Of a stretch of 64,000 nucleotides of DNA, positions 25,035 through 37,929 are shown one piece after another. The translations under genes and the position numbers were made by a program. The stretch is from positions 36,191,871-36,255,870 of the forward strand of contig JARDVH010000193.1 of the NCBI GenBank assembly GCA_030324005.1. Direction: 5' to 3'. The notes beneath the pieces are model-generated. The model searched no databases. It was not told where the DNA came from and worked only from the letters and a program-made list of their open reading frames with translations. Each line of letters opens with the position of its first letter. Positions within the stretch are counted from its first letter, which is position 1. The DNA comes from Negaprion brevirostris. Lineage: Eukaryota.

Positions 25035-25960
25035 GTAGGGAGGCAATGGTATACTGGTCTTGTCACAAGTAATCCAAAGACTCAGGGACCCGAGTTCGAA
25101 TCCCACCATGACAGATGTTGAAATTTGAATTCAATAATAATTTGGAATTAAGGGGTAATTCTCCCATTCCGACCCACTAATTTTTCAAAGAGTCAGAATG
25201 GGAGATGCACACGTGCGCCAATTTGTAGGATTTGTGCATGCCTCTCCCACCATCGGAAAGCAGGCGCAGTTGGGGCCACACTGGAAACTGGAAGGAAGAA
25301 CAGGTAAGTGATTTTACCTATTTGTAATGTAATTTAAATGTGATTATCGNNNNNNNNNNNNNNNNNNNNNNNNNNNNNNNNNNNNNNNNNNNNNNNNNNN
25401 NNNNNNNNNNNNNNNNNNNNNNNNNNNNNNNNNNNNNNNNNNNNNNNNNCTGGTTTGGGAATTGTTGTGGGGGCCATGATTGGGCTGTGGGTGGGGCTGC
25501 AGGGGCAGCTTTATGGGGGTGCCGAGCAGGCCAGCAATTGAGCTGGCCAGCAAACTGCAGGCTGACAGTTCAGGGCCACTGTACATGCGCAGAGTTCCAG
25601 AACTGTCAGACTCTAGAGTGAATAGGTCCCCCAACCCCCCCGAGCTTTTAATGATATTCACGATTGTGACCTCTGCATTGCACAGAGTATGGGAGATTCG
25701 TGTCTAAACTCCCATTGGAAATACAATCGTGAATTAAACCATTTTTCCTGCGAATTCAGCACTTAGAAATTTTTTGGGAGAATGGCCCCCTAAAAGTCTA
25801 ATGATGATCATGAAATCATTGTTGATTGTTGTTAAAAACCCAGCTGGCTCACTAATGCCCTTGAGGGAAGGAAATCAGTTGTCCTTACCTGGTCTGGTCT
25901 ACATGTGACTCCAGATCCACATCAATGTGGTTAACTATTAACTGTCCCCTTAAATGGCTA
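25035..25960 (+). mobile_element. Second tRNA-derived SINE family, split by a MITE
   Basis: B box gagttcgaatcccacc; resumes at 25791 with aaaacccagctggctcactaatgccctt..gaaggaaatc..ctacatgtgactccaga. Confidence 0.75.
25152..25790. mobile_element. PIF/Harbinger MITE with TAA target-site duplication
   Basis: TAA|ggggtaattctccc ... gggagaatggccccc|TAA. Confidence 0.9.
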
Positions 25961-26157
25961 CTTAATTAGAAAATAGAAAATATGAGNNNNNNNNNNNNNN
26001 NNNNNNNNNNNNNNNNNNNNNNNNNNNNNNNNNNNNNNNNNNNNNNNNNNNNNNNNNNNNNNNNNNNNNNNNNNNNNNNNNNNNNNGGTCTACATGTGAC
26101 TCCAGATCCACATCAATGTGGTTAACTCTTAACTGTCCCCTGAAATGGCTACTTAAT

Positions 26158-27440
26158 TAGAAAATAGAAAATAGGAGCAGGAAGTGAGCCTGCTTCATGG
26201 TTCATTATGACCATGACTGATCATCCAACTCAACAGCCTGATCCTGCCTTCTCCCCATATCCTTTGACCACCTCCCCCCCCAACCCCTTTGCCCCAAGTG
26301 CTGTATCTAACTGCTTTTTAAAAACATACAATGTTTTGGCCTCAAATACATTTTGCGAAAGTGAATTCCACAAGCTTATCACCCTGGGTGAATAAATTTC
26401 TCCTCATCCCTGTCCTCAGTCTGTATACCCTGCATTCTCAGACTCAGTCTCTCCTCATATGTCGGTCCTGCCAACCTAGGAATCAGTCTGGTAAGCCTCC
26501 TCTGCACTCCCTCCAGAGCAAGAACATCCTTTCTCAGATAAGGAGACTAAAACTGCACACAGTATTCCAGGTGTGGCTTCACCAAGACCCTATATAATTG
26601 CAACAAGGCATCCTTTCTCCTGCACTCGAATCTTCCTGCTATGAAGGCCAACATACCATTTGGCTTTACTGTCTGCTGCAACTGCATGCTTACCTTCAGT
26701 GACTGCTGTATGATGATATCCAGGTCTCGTTGCACATTCATCTCTCCTAATTTATGACCAGTCAGATAATATTCTGCCTCTCCATTTTTGCTACCAAAGT
26801 GGATAACCTCACACTAGTCCAAATTTTACTGTATCTGCTGTTCATTTGTCCCTTCACTCAACTTGTCCAAATCACGCTGAAGGATCTCTGCATCCTCCTC
26901 ACAGCTCACCCTCCCACCTAGCTTTGTGTCATCTGCAAATCTGGAGATATGAATTTAGTTCTTCATCTAAAACACTAATATATATTTTGATAATAGCTCG
27001 GGTCCCAGCACTGATCCCTGCAGTACCCCACTCATCAATGTCTGCCATTTGGAGGATGACCTGTTTATTCTTTCTTTTTTTGCTCTCTCCAACCAGTTTT
27101 CTATCCACCTCCATACACTCAAGCTAACTGGCCACCATTTTCCTGTTTTCTGCCTCTCCTTTTCTGCCTGCTTCCCTATAGTGACTGCAATTTCATCAAG
27201 TTCCTCTCTCGCCTCCATCTGCTGATTTACAGATATTAATGGAATGTTTCTTCTATCCTTTGTCATGAAAACTAAGCAAAATATTTGTTCATCCATCCAC
27301 CATTTCCTTGTTAGCTACTAATAACTCCCCATTCTCACTCTCTGAAGGACCAACACTGTTTAAATACCTGGAATAATTTTTTTTTAACATTCCTAGCTAG
27401 CTTCCTCTCATACTCTAATGTCTTTCTCCTGATTAGTTGA
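26158..27440 (-). mobile_element. CR1 LINE fragments (3' end and RT)
   Basis: ORFs LLQLYRVLVKPHLEYCVQF and SGVLQGSVLGP; EYERKLARNVK. Confidence 0.92.
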
Positions 27441-27909
27441 GTAGTCAAGATTGCAGGCTGGAGAAATATAGCATTATAACCTGCTGCTGAAGTCAAAAAG
27501 TCAAGTATTTTTCCTTGGGGCATTTTTATTAAAAGGGTAAGAAGAGGCATTGCCATCTTAGTTTCTTGTTAATACTATTACATAGAAGGTTGCCATTCTA
27601 CTTTGATTTTTTTTTAAAGTATACCTGATAGTAGTTCACTCAATAACTTTATTGCCATAATTTTTAATACTGATTGTCACTTGGCTCTAGACTTCATGAC
27701 AGCCTTGATCCAAACATGGCCTAAAGGGTCCAGTTTTGGAGATGAAAGTGATTGCCCCTGATACCAAGGTAGCATTTGACCAAGTGAGCTATCAAGGAGC
27801 AATAGTGAAATTGAAGTCAATGGGAACTGGGGAAAATCTCTCCAATGGTTAGAGTCATAACTAGCAAAAAAAAGATGAATATGATTGTTGGTGGCCAATC
27901 ATCGCGGTC

Positions 27910-28335
27910 ATAGAAACACAGAAACTAGAAACAGGAATAGGCCATTTGGCCCTTCGAACCTGCTCTGCCATTCATTATGGTCATGGCTTATCATCGAATT
28001 CAATATTCTGATTCCCCCCTTCCCCTATTTCCCTTGGCCCCTTTAGCCCCAAGAGATATATCTAATTTCTTCTTGAAATCAGACAGAGTTTTAGCCTCAA
28101 CTACTTTCTGTGATAGCGAATTCCACACATTCACCGCCCCCTAGATGAAGAAATTCCTCCTTACCTCAGTCCTAAAATGTTTATTCTTTATCCTCAAACT
28201 ATGACCCCTAGTTCTGGACTCCCCCACCATTGGGAACATTCTTTTGAATCTACCCTGTCTAACCCTGTTAGAATTTTATAAGTTTCTATGAGATCCCTTC
28301 TCACTCCTCTCAACTCCAGTGAATATAATCCTATT
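27910..28335 (-). mobile_element. CR1/HER1 LINE 3' end
   Basis: atagaaacacagaaactagaaacaggaataggccatttggccc tail and antisense C-terminal coding sequence. Confidence 0.9.
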
Positions 28336-28877
28336 CGCAGTTGCGGGTCATTGTCCTAGTGGCAGGACATTGCTGCAGGAGTTCCTCAACCACTTCATCG
28401 GTGATCTTCCTTCCATCATAAAGTCAAAGGTGGGGATGTTTGCTGATGGTTGCACAATGTTCAATACCATTCACACATTCATAACTCCTTTGATACTGAA
28501 GCAGTCTGATCCCACGTGAAGCATGCCCTGGTTCAAATTGATAAGTGGCAAGTAGCATTCACCCACCACAAGTGCCAGGCAAAGACTATCTCCATCAAAT
28601 GAAAATCTAACCACCTTCCCTTGACATTCAACAGCATTCCCAATGCTAAATCCCACAACACCAATATCCTGGAGATTACTAGTGACTGGAAACATTACTA
28701 GACCAGCCATATAAATATTGGCTATAAGAGAAGGTCAGACGCTTGGAATTCTGCAATGAGTAATTCACCTGCTTGCTTCCTAAAGCTTGTCAACTTGCAA
28801 GAACTTCTTCAACAGCACCTTCTAATGGCTTGTCCTCTGCCAGCTAGAAGAAAGTGGGCAGCAGAAACATGAGAAAA

Positions 28878-28995
28878 CCTTCACTCAGTGTACCCAAACA
28901 TGGAGTATGGCAACTAGGGGATTTTCACAGTAACTTTATTGTAGTGTTAATGTAAGCCTACTTGTGACACTAATAAATAAACTTTAAACTTAAAA
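28878..28995 (+). mobile_element. 5'-truncated type A V-SINE
   Basis: ctcagtgtaccc..ggggattttcacagtaac..taataaataaactttaaactt. Confidence 0.9.
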
Positions 28996-30289
28996 ATGCA
29001 ACTCCTCTCAAAATCACACACCATCCTGATTTGGAACTATAATTGTGTTCCTTCAGTGTCACAGTCAAAATCCTAGAATTCTCTCCCACACAGCACTGTG
29101 GGTGTATCTACACCACATGAATTGCAGTTCAGGAAGATGGCACACCTCTCAGGCACAGTTAGAAATGGGTAATAAATACCTGCCTTGCCTCTTGCATTTC
29201 ATTGAGTACAAAAACAGATCCAGAGGAACGAGCTTGGGAATGTTACAGAGCTTGAAGCTGTTGGGAAAGTGAATGTATGTAGTTGAAGTGGCTTGATTAT
29301 TGTGTACATTATCTATATCACCCTCCCTGCGGCTGATTAATTTTTGAAGGAGTGAAGGAGTCCAGCTCTTCAGTATAATACTTCAATATTAGACACAACC
29401 AACACCATCTAACCACTGTTACACTGTAGCACAACAGCTCAACCAGTGGTGCAGTCAGGAACAATCAGTTATTTTACTGACTAATACACCAACAAGGAGG
29501 GATGAATGGAGTAGTTAGAAGCTTCTGCAACAAGTATGTGCAATCTTACCATCAGCCTGTTCTTTTTCACTGATGTACTGGACATAACAGAGAAAGCTCT
29601 TCAAAGTCATTATAAAATTGGCAGCACAGGAAGCAAAGCAGAATTGAATAAAGGCAAATTTTGTGACTGTGCTTGCTACAAGCCAAATTGATGTGTAACC
29701 ACTTATTGGAGCTAAGCACATGTTGATACAGAATTGGACTAGTACCATTGTTACATTGCTCCTTCTAGTGCTGACACAATGATAAATTATGTGCAGCATT
29801 GCCATCAATGACGACACAAAACTGCTTCCTTTCTATTTAAGCTGTGCATCAGCTTCAACTCCCTAGCACTCAGTATTCTGTTCAGAGAGACTTATGTAAA
29901 GTTAAACTTAAGCTGGAAATGATGGCTTCTCCTGTTCAACTGTTGTAAGTTCAATAGTAGATTGGCAAAAACCACAAACTCACATGTAAAGCAGCATTTG
30001 CATCAATCTTCCAAAAAAGTTGCAACAGTTGACTGGGAGAACGTTAAAGGAAATTCATAGTTAGTATCCATGCTTCCTGCAGAGATCACACAGTTCCAGT
30101 GTCCCACGGTCAGTCTCTATAGGTTCATTGAATTGGACCTTTTCAGTTATTGGATGCTGGAGGGGATCCTGGTTCCAGAACATCAATAACAAGGTAGTCA
30201 ATCCTTGTTTCAAATTCAACCTCTCAGAAATACAGTCTCACCTCCAAAAATCTACTTCTGATTAAGTCACTCTGAAAGATTATGCTAAA

Positions 30290-30465
30290 GTATGTCCAAA
30301 AGTAAAGTGAAGATTGATAGATTCCTGATAAGCAAGGGGGTGAAAGGTTATCAGCAGTGCGGAGTTAAGATTAAATTCAGATCAACAATGATCTTATTGA
30401 ATAGTGGAGCAGACTCGAAGGGTCAAGTGACCTACTCCTGCTACTAAATTGTATGTTCAGATTTT
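30290..30465 (+). mobile_element. CR1 LINE 3' end
   Basis: gattgatagattcctgataagcaaggggg..cctactcctgct. Confidence 0.85.
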
Positions 30466-30619
30466 CTTATGTCCTCTTATAGAAGAGGGACATTTTGGAT
30501 AAAATCTTTCAGATTCTTGTGGAAGAGGTAAATATAAATGAAATCCATCATAGAACTGTTTGCTCATGTGTTACCAACCACATTGTCGCATGGGACTTTC
30601 CTGATATCTGAGTCACTAA

Positions 30620-30765
30620 AAGTAGTGCACAACTGACCAAACAGACCAGAAAATCTCAGATTCAATTTTGCTCAGTGCCAAATTCACTGATCTCATTTCC
30701 AGTCATTGTATGGGTCCTATAATTGGCCTCAGTAATGCTAAATTAGCTGAGGCAAAATTCAGCTA
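30620..30765 (+). mobile_element. Ancient SINE-like relic
   Basis: cagaccagaaaatctcagattcaatt..ctgatctca..aattggcctcag resembles an old tRNA-headed shark repeat, from memory. Confidence 0.35.
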
Positions 30766-30771
30766 GACTGT

Positions 30772-31130
30772 TGGGGTGGCACGATGACACCTTACAGTGC
30801 CTTAGAATGCCAGGGACTTGGGTTCAATTCCTGGCTTGGGTCACTGTCTGCACAGAGTCTGCATGTTCTCCCCATGTCTGGGTGCTCCAGAGTGTGATGC
30901 CCAGCTTGGGTGACTGTGCAGAATCTGCACAGTTCTCCCTGTGTGTGGGGGTTTCCTCTGGGTACCCTAGTTTCCTCCCACAGTCCAAAAGATGTGCTGG
31001 CTAGATGCATTGGCTATGCTAAATTCTCCCTCTAGTGTATCTGAACAGATGCTGGAATGTGGCAACTAGGAGATTTTTTTCACAGTAACTTCATTGCAAT
31101 GTTAATGTAAGCCTACTTGTGACATTAAAA
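30772..31130 (+). mobile_element. Type A V-SINE with an internal duplication
   Basis: cttggg..actg..gcagaatctgcac..ttctccc segment present twice (about 30835 and 30905). Confidence 0.88.
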
Positions 31131-31147
31131 AAGTATAATCATTACTT

Positions 31148-31980
31148 TGTTCTCACTGGAGCAAAAGGTTGAGGGGTAACCTGATAGAAGTCTGCAAGAT
31201 TGAGAGGCATGGACAGAGTGGATAGTCAGAAGCTTTTTCCCAGGATTGAGTCAATTACTAGGGGCACAAGTTTAAAGGAGATAGAAGCAAGTTTAAGAAG
31301 GTGGTGTGTGCCTGGAATTCACTACCAGGGTGGTATTATAGAATTCTCAGTCTCCCTACAGTACAGAAGGAGGCCATATGCTCAAGTCTGCATTAACAAC
31401 AGTTCCACCCACTCCCTGTAAACCCATACTTATCCTGCTAGGGTCAACTTTTTAGTGTGGCCAATCAATCTTTCTGCATCTTTGAATGGGCAGGAAACCC
31501 ACACAGCTGCAGAACATGCAAACTTCATGCAGTGTCCTGAGCGATTGAACTTGTGTCCCTCGAGTCCCTGGTGCTGTGAGGCAGCAGTGCTAACCCCTGT
31601 TCCATCCTGTAGTGGAAGCAGATACCATAGTGACTTTTAAAGGGCATCTGGACCTATACATGGATTGGATGGCAATAGAGGGATATGGTCCCTGGAAGGG
31701 TAGGGAGGGTTTAGTTCAGCCAGGCAGCATGATTGGTGCAGGCTTGGAGGGCCTGTTGTGGTAAAGAACAAAATTACAAACTACATTAAGAACAAACACT
31801 GAGGTGCCTACTATACAGACACTGGTCAATATCTTGACATCAAATACTATAAGGTAATAAAAGGGATGGATAGGGTAGAGGTAGAAAGATTCTTCCCACT
31901 CAGAGGACAGCAGGACTAGAGGGCACAGCCTCAAGATAAAGGGGGGGCAGTTTAGAACAGAGTTGAGGAGGAACTTCTTC
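31148..31980 (+). mobile_element. CR1 3' fragments; the first is split by a minus-strand type B V-SINE at 31335-31610
   Basis: RGMDRVDSQKLFPR..ITRG; resumes gtggaagcagataccatagtgacttttaaagggcat; second fragment 31850-31980. Confidence 0.85.
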
Positions 31981-32097
31981 NNNNNNNNNNNNNNNNNNNN
32001 NNNNNNNNNNNNNNNNNNNNNNNNNNNNNNNNNNNNNNNNNNNNNNNNNNNNNNNNNNNNNNNNNNNNNNNNNNNNNNNNGGTGCTCTGGTTAAAGG

Positions 32098-32890
32098 AGC
32101 GGCATGGTGGCACAATGGTTAGCACTGCTGCCTCACAACGCCAGGGACGCGGGTTTGATTCCCAGTTTGGGTCACTGTCTGTGTGAGTTTGCACGTCCTT
32201 CTGTGTCTGTGTGGGTTTCTTCCAGGTGATCCAGTTTCCTCCCACAGTCCAAAGATGTGCAGATTAGGTTGATTGGGCATGCTAAAATTGACCCTAGTTT
32301 CAAGGAGATTAGTAGGACAAATATGTGGGGTTACTGGGATAGGGTGGGATTATTGTTGGTGCAGATTTACTAGGATGCTACCGGGACTTGATGGGTTGAA
32401 TTATAAGGAGAGGCTGGATAGATTGTAACTTTTTTCTCTGGACCATAGGAGGCTGAGGGGTGATCTCATAGAAGCCCATAAAATAATGAGGGCACAGATC
32501 AGCTAGATAGTCAATAACATTTCCCAAAGGTAGGGGAGTCTAAAACTAGAGGGCATAGGATTAAGGTGAGAAGGAAGAGAAACAAAAGTGTACAGAAGAG
32601 CAATTTTTTCACACAGAGGATGGTGAGTGTCTGGAATAAGCTGCCAGAGGTAATAGTAGAGGTGGGTACAACTTTGTCTTTTAAAAAGTATTTAGATAGT
32701 TACATGTATGATGGGTATGGAAGGATATGGGCCAAATGCAGGCAATTAGCTTAGGGGTTTAAAAAAAAGGCCACATGGACAAGTTGGGCCGAAGGACCTA
32801 TTTCCATTCTGTAAATCTCTATGACTCTATGACAGGTTTGATGGGCTGAATGGCCTCCTTCTGTACTGAAGAGATTCTATGATTCTATAT
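32098..32890 (+). mobile_element. Type B V-SINE with a CR1 3' end (32375-32832) inserted
   Basis: SINE head to gttggtgcag; LINE NFFTQRMVSVWNKLPE..ctctatgactctatga; SINE tail resumes at 32835. Confidence 0.9.
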
Positions 32891-32899
32891 CTATTTCTC

Positions 32900-33200
32900 A
32901 TAGAAACATAGAAAATAGGGACAGGGGTAAACTCTTCAGCATTTCGAGGTTGTTCATGAACAATTCCTTAACTCAACACCATGCTCCCACCCTCCCCCAA
33001 TATCCCTTGACACCTTTAATCTATCTATTTCCTTTTCAAATATGTACAGTGACTTGGCCTCCATAGACTTCTCTGGTAGAGAGTTCCACTGGTTCACTGC
33101 AGTCTGAGTGAAGAAAATCTCCTCAAACTCAGCCCTAAATGGTCTACCCTGTATCGTGAGACTGTGACCCCTTGTTATCTCCAACCAAAGGAAATCTTAC
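32900..33200 (-). mobile_element. CR1 LINE 3' end
   Basis: ORF TRGHSLTIQGRPFRAEF..FFTQ..WNSLP. Confidence 0.9.
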
Positions 33201-33231
33201 CGGCTCAGCATGCCGGCAAATGTTAAGAGGA

Positions 33232-34745
33232 ATAAAACAGAGACGGTTATATAATCTCCACAGGTCTGGCAGCACTGGTGGAGGCAGAAGCAGAGTTAAT
33301 ATTTTGAGTCCAATATCACACTTCTTTGGAACTTTATGCAGGTGAATAAAGAGGAGGGGCAGGTGGAGCAAAAGCAAAAGTCAAGGATAGTGTAGCGGGT
33401 GGAAGAGATTAAATGACAAAGATGTCATGGGACACTAGGCAAAGGAAATGGTGATGATTGTATTAAAGTCACAAAGCACTGGTCCAGAAGAGGTTAATGG
33501 CAGAATAAAAGACAGCACTGTCTGAAATAAAAAACATGAGAACAGAACATAGACTGGCACTTGGAGGGAATAATTCAAAATGGAGGACAGAGTTCATGGT
33601 CTGAAGTTGTTGAACTCAGTGTCCAGAGGCTGTAAAGTACCTGATCGGAAGATGAGGTGCTCTTCCACTTGCTTGCGTTGGGCTTCACTGGAACATTGTA
33701 ACAGACCAAGGGCAGACATGTGGGCACGAGAGGAAGATGGTGAATTAAAATGGTAAGAGACAGGAAGATTGGGGTCATGCTTGCGGACTAATTGAAGATG
33801 CTCCATGAAGCAGCTACCTAGTCTGCATTTGTTGTCTCTGATGCAGAAGAGATCACGTTGTGACTAAACTGAATGGAGTGCAAGTGAATCACTGCTTCAC
33901 TTGGGAGGAATGTTTGGAGGCTTGGGCAGTGAGGAGAGAGGAGGTAAAGAGGCAGGTGTTACACCTCCTGCAATTGCATGGAAAGTGTCGTGGGAAGGGG
34001 ATGAGAGTTTGAAGGTGATAGAGGAGTGGACCAGAGAGTCTGGCGGAGAGAACTGTCCCTTTAGAATGCTGCCAGGGGAGGGGAGGGGAGGGAAAGATGT
34101 ATTTGGTGGTAGTCTCATTCTTGAGTTAGTAGAATTGACGGAAGATAGTTCTTTGAATACAGAGGCTTGTGGCGTGAAAAGTGAAGACAAGGGGAATCCT
34201 ATCATGGTTCTGGGAAGGAGGGGAGAGGGTGAGGACAGAAGTACAGGGAAATAGGTTAGACCTGGTTGAGAGGCCTGTCAGCCCCACTGTTGGCTAAGGA
34301 AAAGCAACAACATGGCAAAAGTGCTATTGTGGAAGGTAGCATCACCAGATGCAATGGAGATGGAGGAACTGAGGGGACAGAATGAAGTTCTTACAGGAAG
34401 CAGGGTGTGAGGAGCTGAGGGTGTCAAGGTAGCTTTGGGAGTCAGTAGATTTGTAATCAATATTGGTCGATAGTCTATCATCGGAAATGAAACCAAGAAA
34501 GGGAAGGGAGGTTTCAGAAATGGACCATGTGAAGGTGATAGAAAGGTGGAAATTGGAAGCAAAATTGATCGACTTTCCAGTTTCAGACAAGAGAGTGAAG
34601 TGGCACCAATATAACCATCAACATAGCAGAAGAAGCATTGTGGGAGGGGGCGTGTGTAGGGCTGGAACAAGGAATGTGCCACATTTTAGTCAGGCATAAG
34701 TGGAGCCCATATGTGTACTCATAGCAACATCTATTATTTGGAGGA
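33232..34745 (-). mobile_element. Penelope-like retroelement (RT C-terminal half, GIY-YIG region and 3' end), decayed
   Basis: FFCYVDGYIGA (YIDD-like), YKSTDSQSYLD..SSHP, EHLQLVRKHDPNLPVSYHFNS..EEHLIFRSGTLQP..EFNNF. Confidence 0.92.
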
Positions 34746-34971
34746 AATGAGACAGCTTCAATTTCCTTACTTTGCATGAACTGTATTTTCTTTTGGTTTA
34801 TCTATATAACTTTATTTTCCCTGACATTAACTTAACTTTCTATTCCTGTTTCTTACTTAAATGTAAGTAGCCCCTTCTTTTAAAAATAATCCTTTTCTAA
34901 TTCTCAGCTACTTGATGATATTCCTTAACAGCAATTTTGCACCAATGAACTTATGTTTCTCCTGTGATGTT

Positions 34972-35450
34972 AGGTGCTAGGTGCTGATGACTGCCTGTTT
35001 CAGGGTTCTGCTCTGGCATTTTTCACTAGGCTGCCTGGCTCAAGGTCCTCCTCCTGCAATCTCCGCCGGATGCTGCTGACTGCCTGTCCTAGAGTCCTCC
35101 TTTCGCAATTTTCTGTAGGTGGTGCTGACTGCCTGGCTCGGGGTCCTCCTCTCATACTGTCCTCTAGGTGCTGCTGGCTGCCTGTCTTGGTGTCTTCCTC
35201 TTGCACTCTCGCTATGTGCCACTAACTGCCTGTCTGGGTGTCTTCCTCTTGCACTCTCGCTATGTGCCACTAACTGCCTGTCNNNNNNNNNNNNNNNNNN
35301 NNNNNNNNNNNNNNNNNNNNNNNNNNNNNNNNNNNNNNNNNNNNNNNNNNNNNNNNNNNNNNNNNNNNNNNNNNNNNNNNNNTGTCTTCCTCTTGCACTC
35401 TTCTCTATGTGCCACTGACCACCAGTCCCAGGGTCCTCCTCTTGCACTTT
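34972..35450. repeat. 48-49 bp minisatellite spanning a gap
   Basis: Unit tgtcttcctcttgcactctcgctatgtgccactaactgcctgtctggg at 35191 and 35239; diverged units on both sides. Confidence 0.9.
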
Positions 35451-36404
35451 CCTGAGCTGGGACCTGCTGGAGGCTCCATGCATATTTACCTTGTTAACTC
35501 CAGGTGTCCATTGCTTATAGAGATAGATTATGTTTTCCAGGCGAGATTGAGATCTGAATCCTCGAAGATAATCATTGGAATATTTTCTTCATATTGCTCT
35601 ACTTTGCATTATCTGTCGTGGTAATGTAGCTCCATAAAGGGATAGCCTTGAGTAGGTGCTTAATAAGCATGAAGGTAGCAACCATACCCCAGATTTCTGT
35701 TTTAAGATCAGAAAGTAGTTCGTTTTGAGTACGACTATTGGAATAATTTTTCCCCCTTTTGATGATTGTCTGCATCTTATTAGTGAGTCTGCACTGGAGC
35801 GATCCCCCAAGACACACAGTCTTGGTATTAAAGGTAAAGTTAAATAGACTTTGCAGGCTGGGGTGCACTGGCACCAAACCAATTTAGTATTTCATGGTGC
35901 AAAATCCATTTCACAGAGGTATATGTTATGCTTGAGTTGCAAAATTGAAATAAATTTAGCGAATTATATTATAATCCATGTACTTAGTACATTAAAACAA
36001 ATCTGAATATCCATTTACTGTGGCCTTATAATGCATCCATTTTATTCCATGTAATGAAACAATTATATGAATATCATCTATGAACAATAAACACTGACAC
36101 AATTTATTCGAATCTGTCACATGAAACTCATAACCCTCCAATGCAGAACTCATGAATCACAGGGTGCACTGAAGAAAACTAGCACTTAGTCCAGATTTTG
36201 TAGTTGAATAGTGTGTCTCTCATTGCATGGGGATAATGATATGATGTGGCAATAACATTTAGAAATGTTTCTTTGTGTGGGTAATAGTCATGGACCTCAG
36301 GAATCGGCGCCAGATTTGTGTTTCCTTTTACTGGCCCATAGAATCTTTTGACTACTTTAGTTTTCAAGAGAGAACCTTCGAATGGCTCAGATATTTTATT
36401 TTTA

Positions 36405-36698
36405 TTTATGAATTAGTGTCACAAGTAGGCTTACATTAACACTGCAATGAAGTTAATATGAAAATCCCCTAGTCGCCACACTCTGGTGTCTGTTTGGGTA
36501 CACTGAGAGAGAATTTAGCATGGCCAGTGCACCTAACCAGCATGTCGTTTGGACTGTGGGTGGGCATTACAGCACTCGGTGAAAACCCAGGCAGTCACAG
36601 GGAGAATGTACAGACTCCACAATGACCTAAGCCAGGAATTGGAACCCGGTTCCCTGGTGCTGTGAGGCAGCAGTGCTGACCACTGTGCCATCATTCCG
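36405..36698 (-). mobile_element. Full-length type A V-SINE
   Basis: Antisense tail, central domain and head all present. Confidence 0.93.
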
Positions 36699-36929
36699 TC
36701 TTGTGACATGGGGGTTGTATGTTGTGGACAGAGTGCCATTGAAGGAGATGCCCACTTCTTGCCCAAGGCCCATGCAGGGTGACCTACTGGATCCCCACTC
36801 CTGCTTCCCCTGAAATTCTCACAAATTCTTAAGAGCCTTAGTTGGGAAAGAGTGGGCTGCCTGCTCCAGCCTCAACAAGGCCTAAGCACTGGGGATCAAG
36901 ATGTGGAATCAGTCTGGGTAGAAATAAGA

Positions 36930-37770
36930 AATAGCAAAGGCAAGTAGTACTTGGTAGGAATAATCTATAGGTCCCCAAGAAATAGTTCCTCAGTGGGGCA
37001 CAGTATAAACCAGGAAATACTGGGAGCTTGCAAGAAAGATACGGCAAAAATCATGGATGATTTTAATATGCACATAGATTGGAAAAATCAAATTGGCAAG
37101 GGTAGCCTGGAGGCAGAGTTCATTGAATGTATTAGAGATTTTTTCTTGGAGCAGTATGTTGTGGAACCAACCAGAGAGTAGGCTACCCTGGATTTGGTAT
37201 TGTGTAATGAGGAGGGATTTATTGATGACCTCATACTAAGGATCCTCTAGGGAGTGGTGACCATAGCATGACAGAATTCAAAATTCAGATTGGGGATGAG
37301 AAAGTCAAGTTCCACACTAGCATTCTGGAACTAAACAAAGGAAATTACATCAGCATGAGGACAGGTTAGGCCCAAATAGAATGGGCAGAAAGGCCAAGAA
37401 ATAGGACAGTGGATGAGCAGTGGCACTTGTTTAAGGAGATACTGAATTCCTCACAACTAAAATATATCCAGGATGGAAGAAAGATAATAAGGGAGTGGGT
37501 GGTAAAATACAACCATGGCTAAACAAGGAGGTCAAGGACAATATAAAGACAAAAACTAAGGTATATCATATTGCAAAGGCCAGTGGCAGGCTGGAAGATT
37601 GGGAAAATTTCAGACATAAACAAAGGGATATTAAAAAAGTAATGAAAGGAGAGCTACAGTAAATTACGAAAGAAAACTAGCGCAAAACATCAAAAATGAT
37701 AGCAAAAGCTTCTGTAAGTATATAAAAGCGAAGAGAGTCGCTAAGGTGAATGTTGGTCCCTTGGAAGATA
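36930..37770 (+). mobile_element. CR1 LINE ORF2 endonuclease and linker fragment
   Basis: VGIIYRSP..IMDDFN..IDW..FLEQYVVEPTRE, LDLVLCNE, SGDH, PWLNKEVK. Confidence 0.93.
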
Positions 37771-37929
37771 TCTTCCAGATGTCAGTCTATGGCCTCAGCT
37801 CACCTGCCTTGAAGTATATCCCACTTAGCACTGCCAAACTCCAATGCCTATTTTCTAGTCTTTGTTTTCTCTGCCTTCCAAACACACTTACTAATTTTCA
37901 GCCTTTCACTTCCCACTTCTTATTTCTCA

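Larger units (their letters stand above)
27677..29190 (+). mobile_element. Second CR1-clade LINE (RT to 3' end), interrupted at 27910-28335 and 28878-28995
   Basis: FIGDLPSIIKSKVGMFADGCTMF; tail gcacagttagaaatgggtaataaat. Confidence 0.85.

Noticed and set aside
25905-26175. About 80 bp direct repeat on both sides of a 100-N gap
   Set aside because: Typical unmerged contig overlap with a few end mismatches; likely an assembly artefact. The ggaatgttccttaaat pair around the 39504-39603 gap is treated the same way
34972-35450. Regularly spaced repeats resembling a CRISPR array
   Set aside because: Head-to-tail units with no unique spacers and no cas genes, in a vertebrate context
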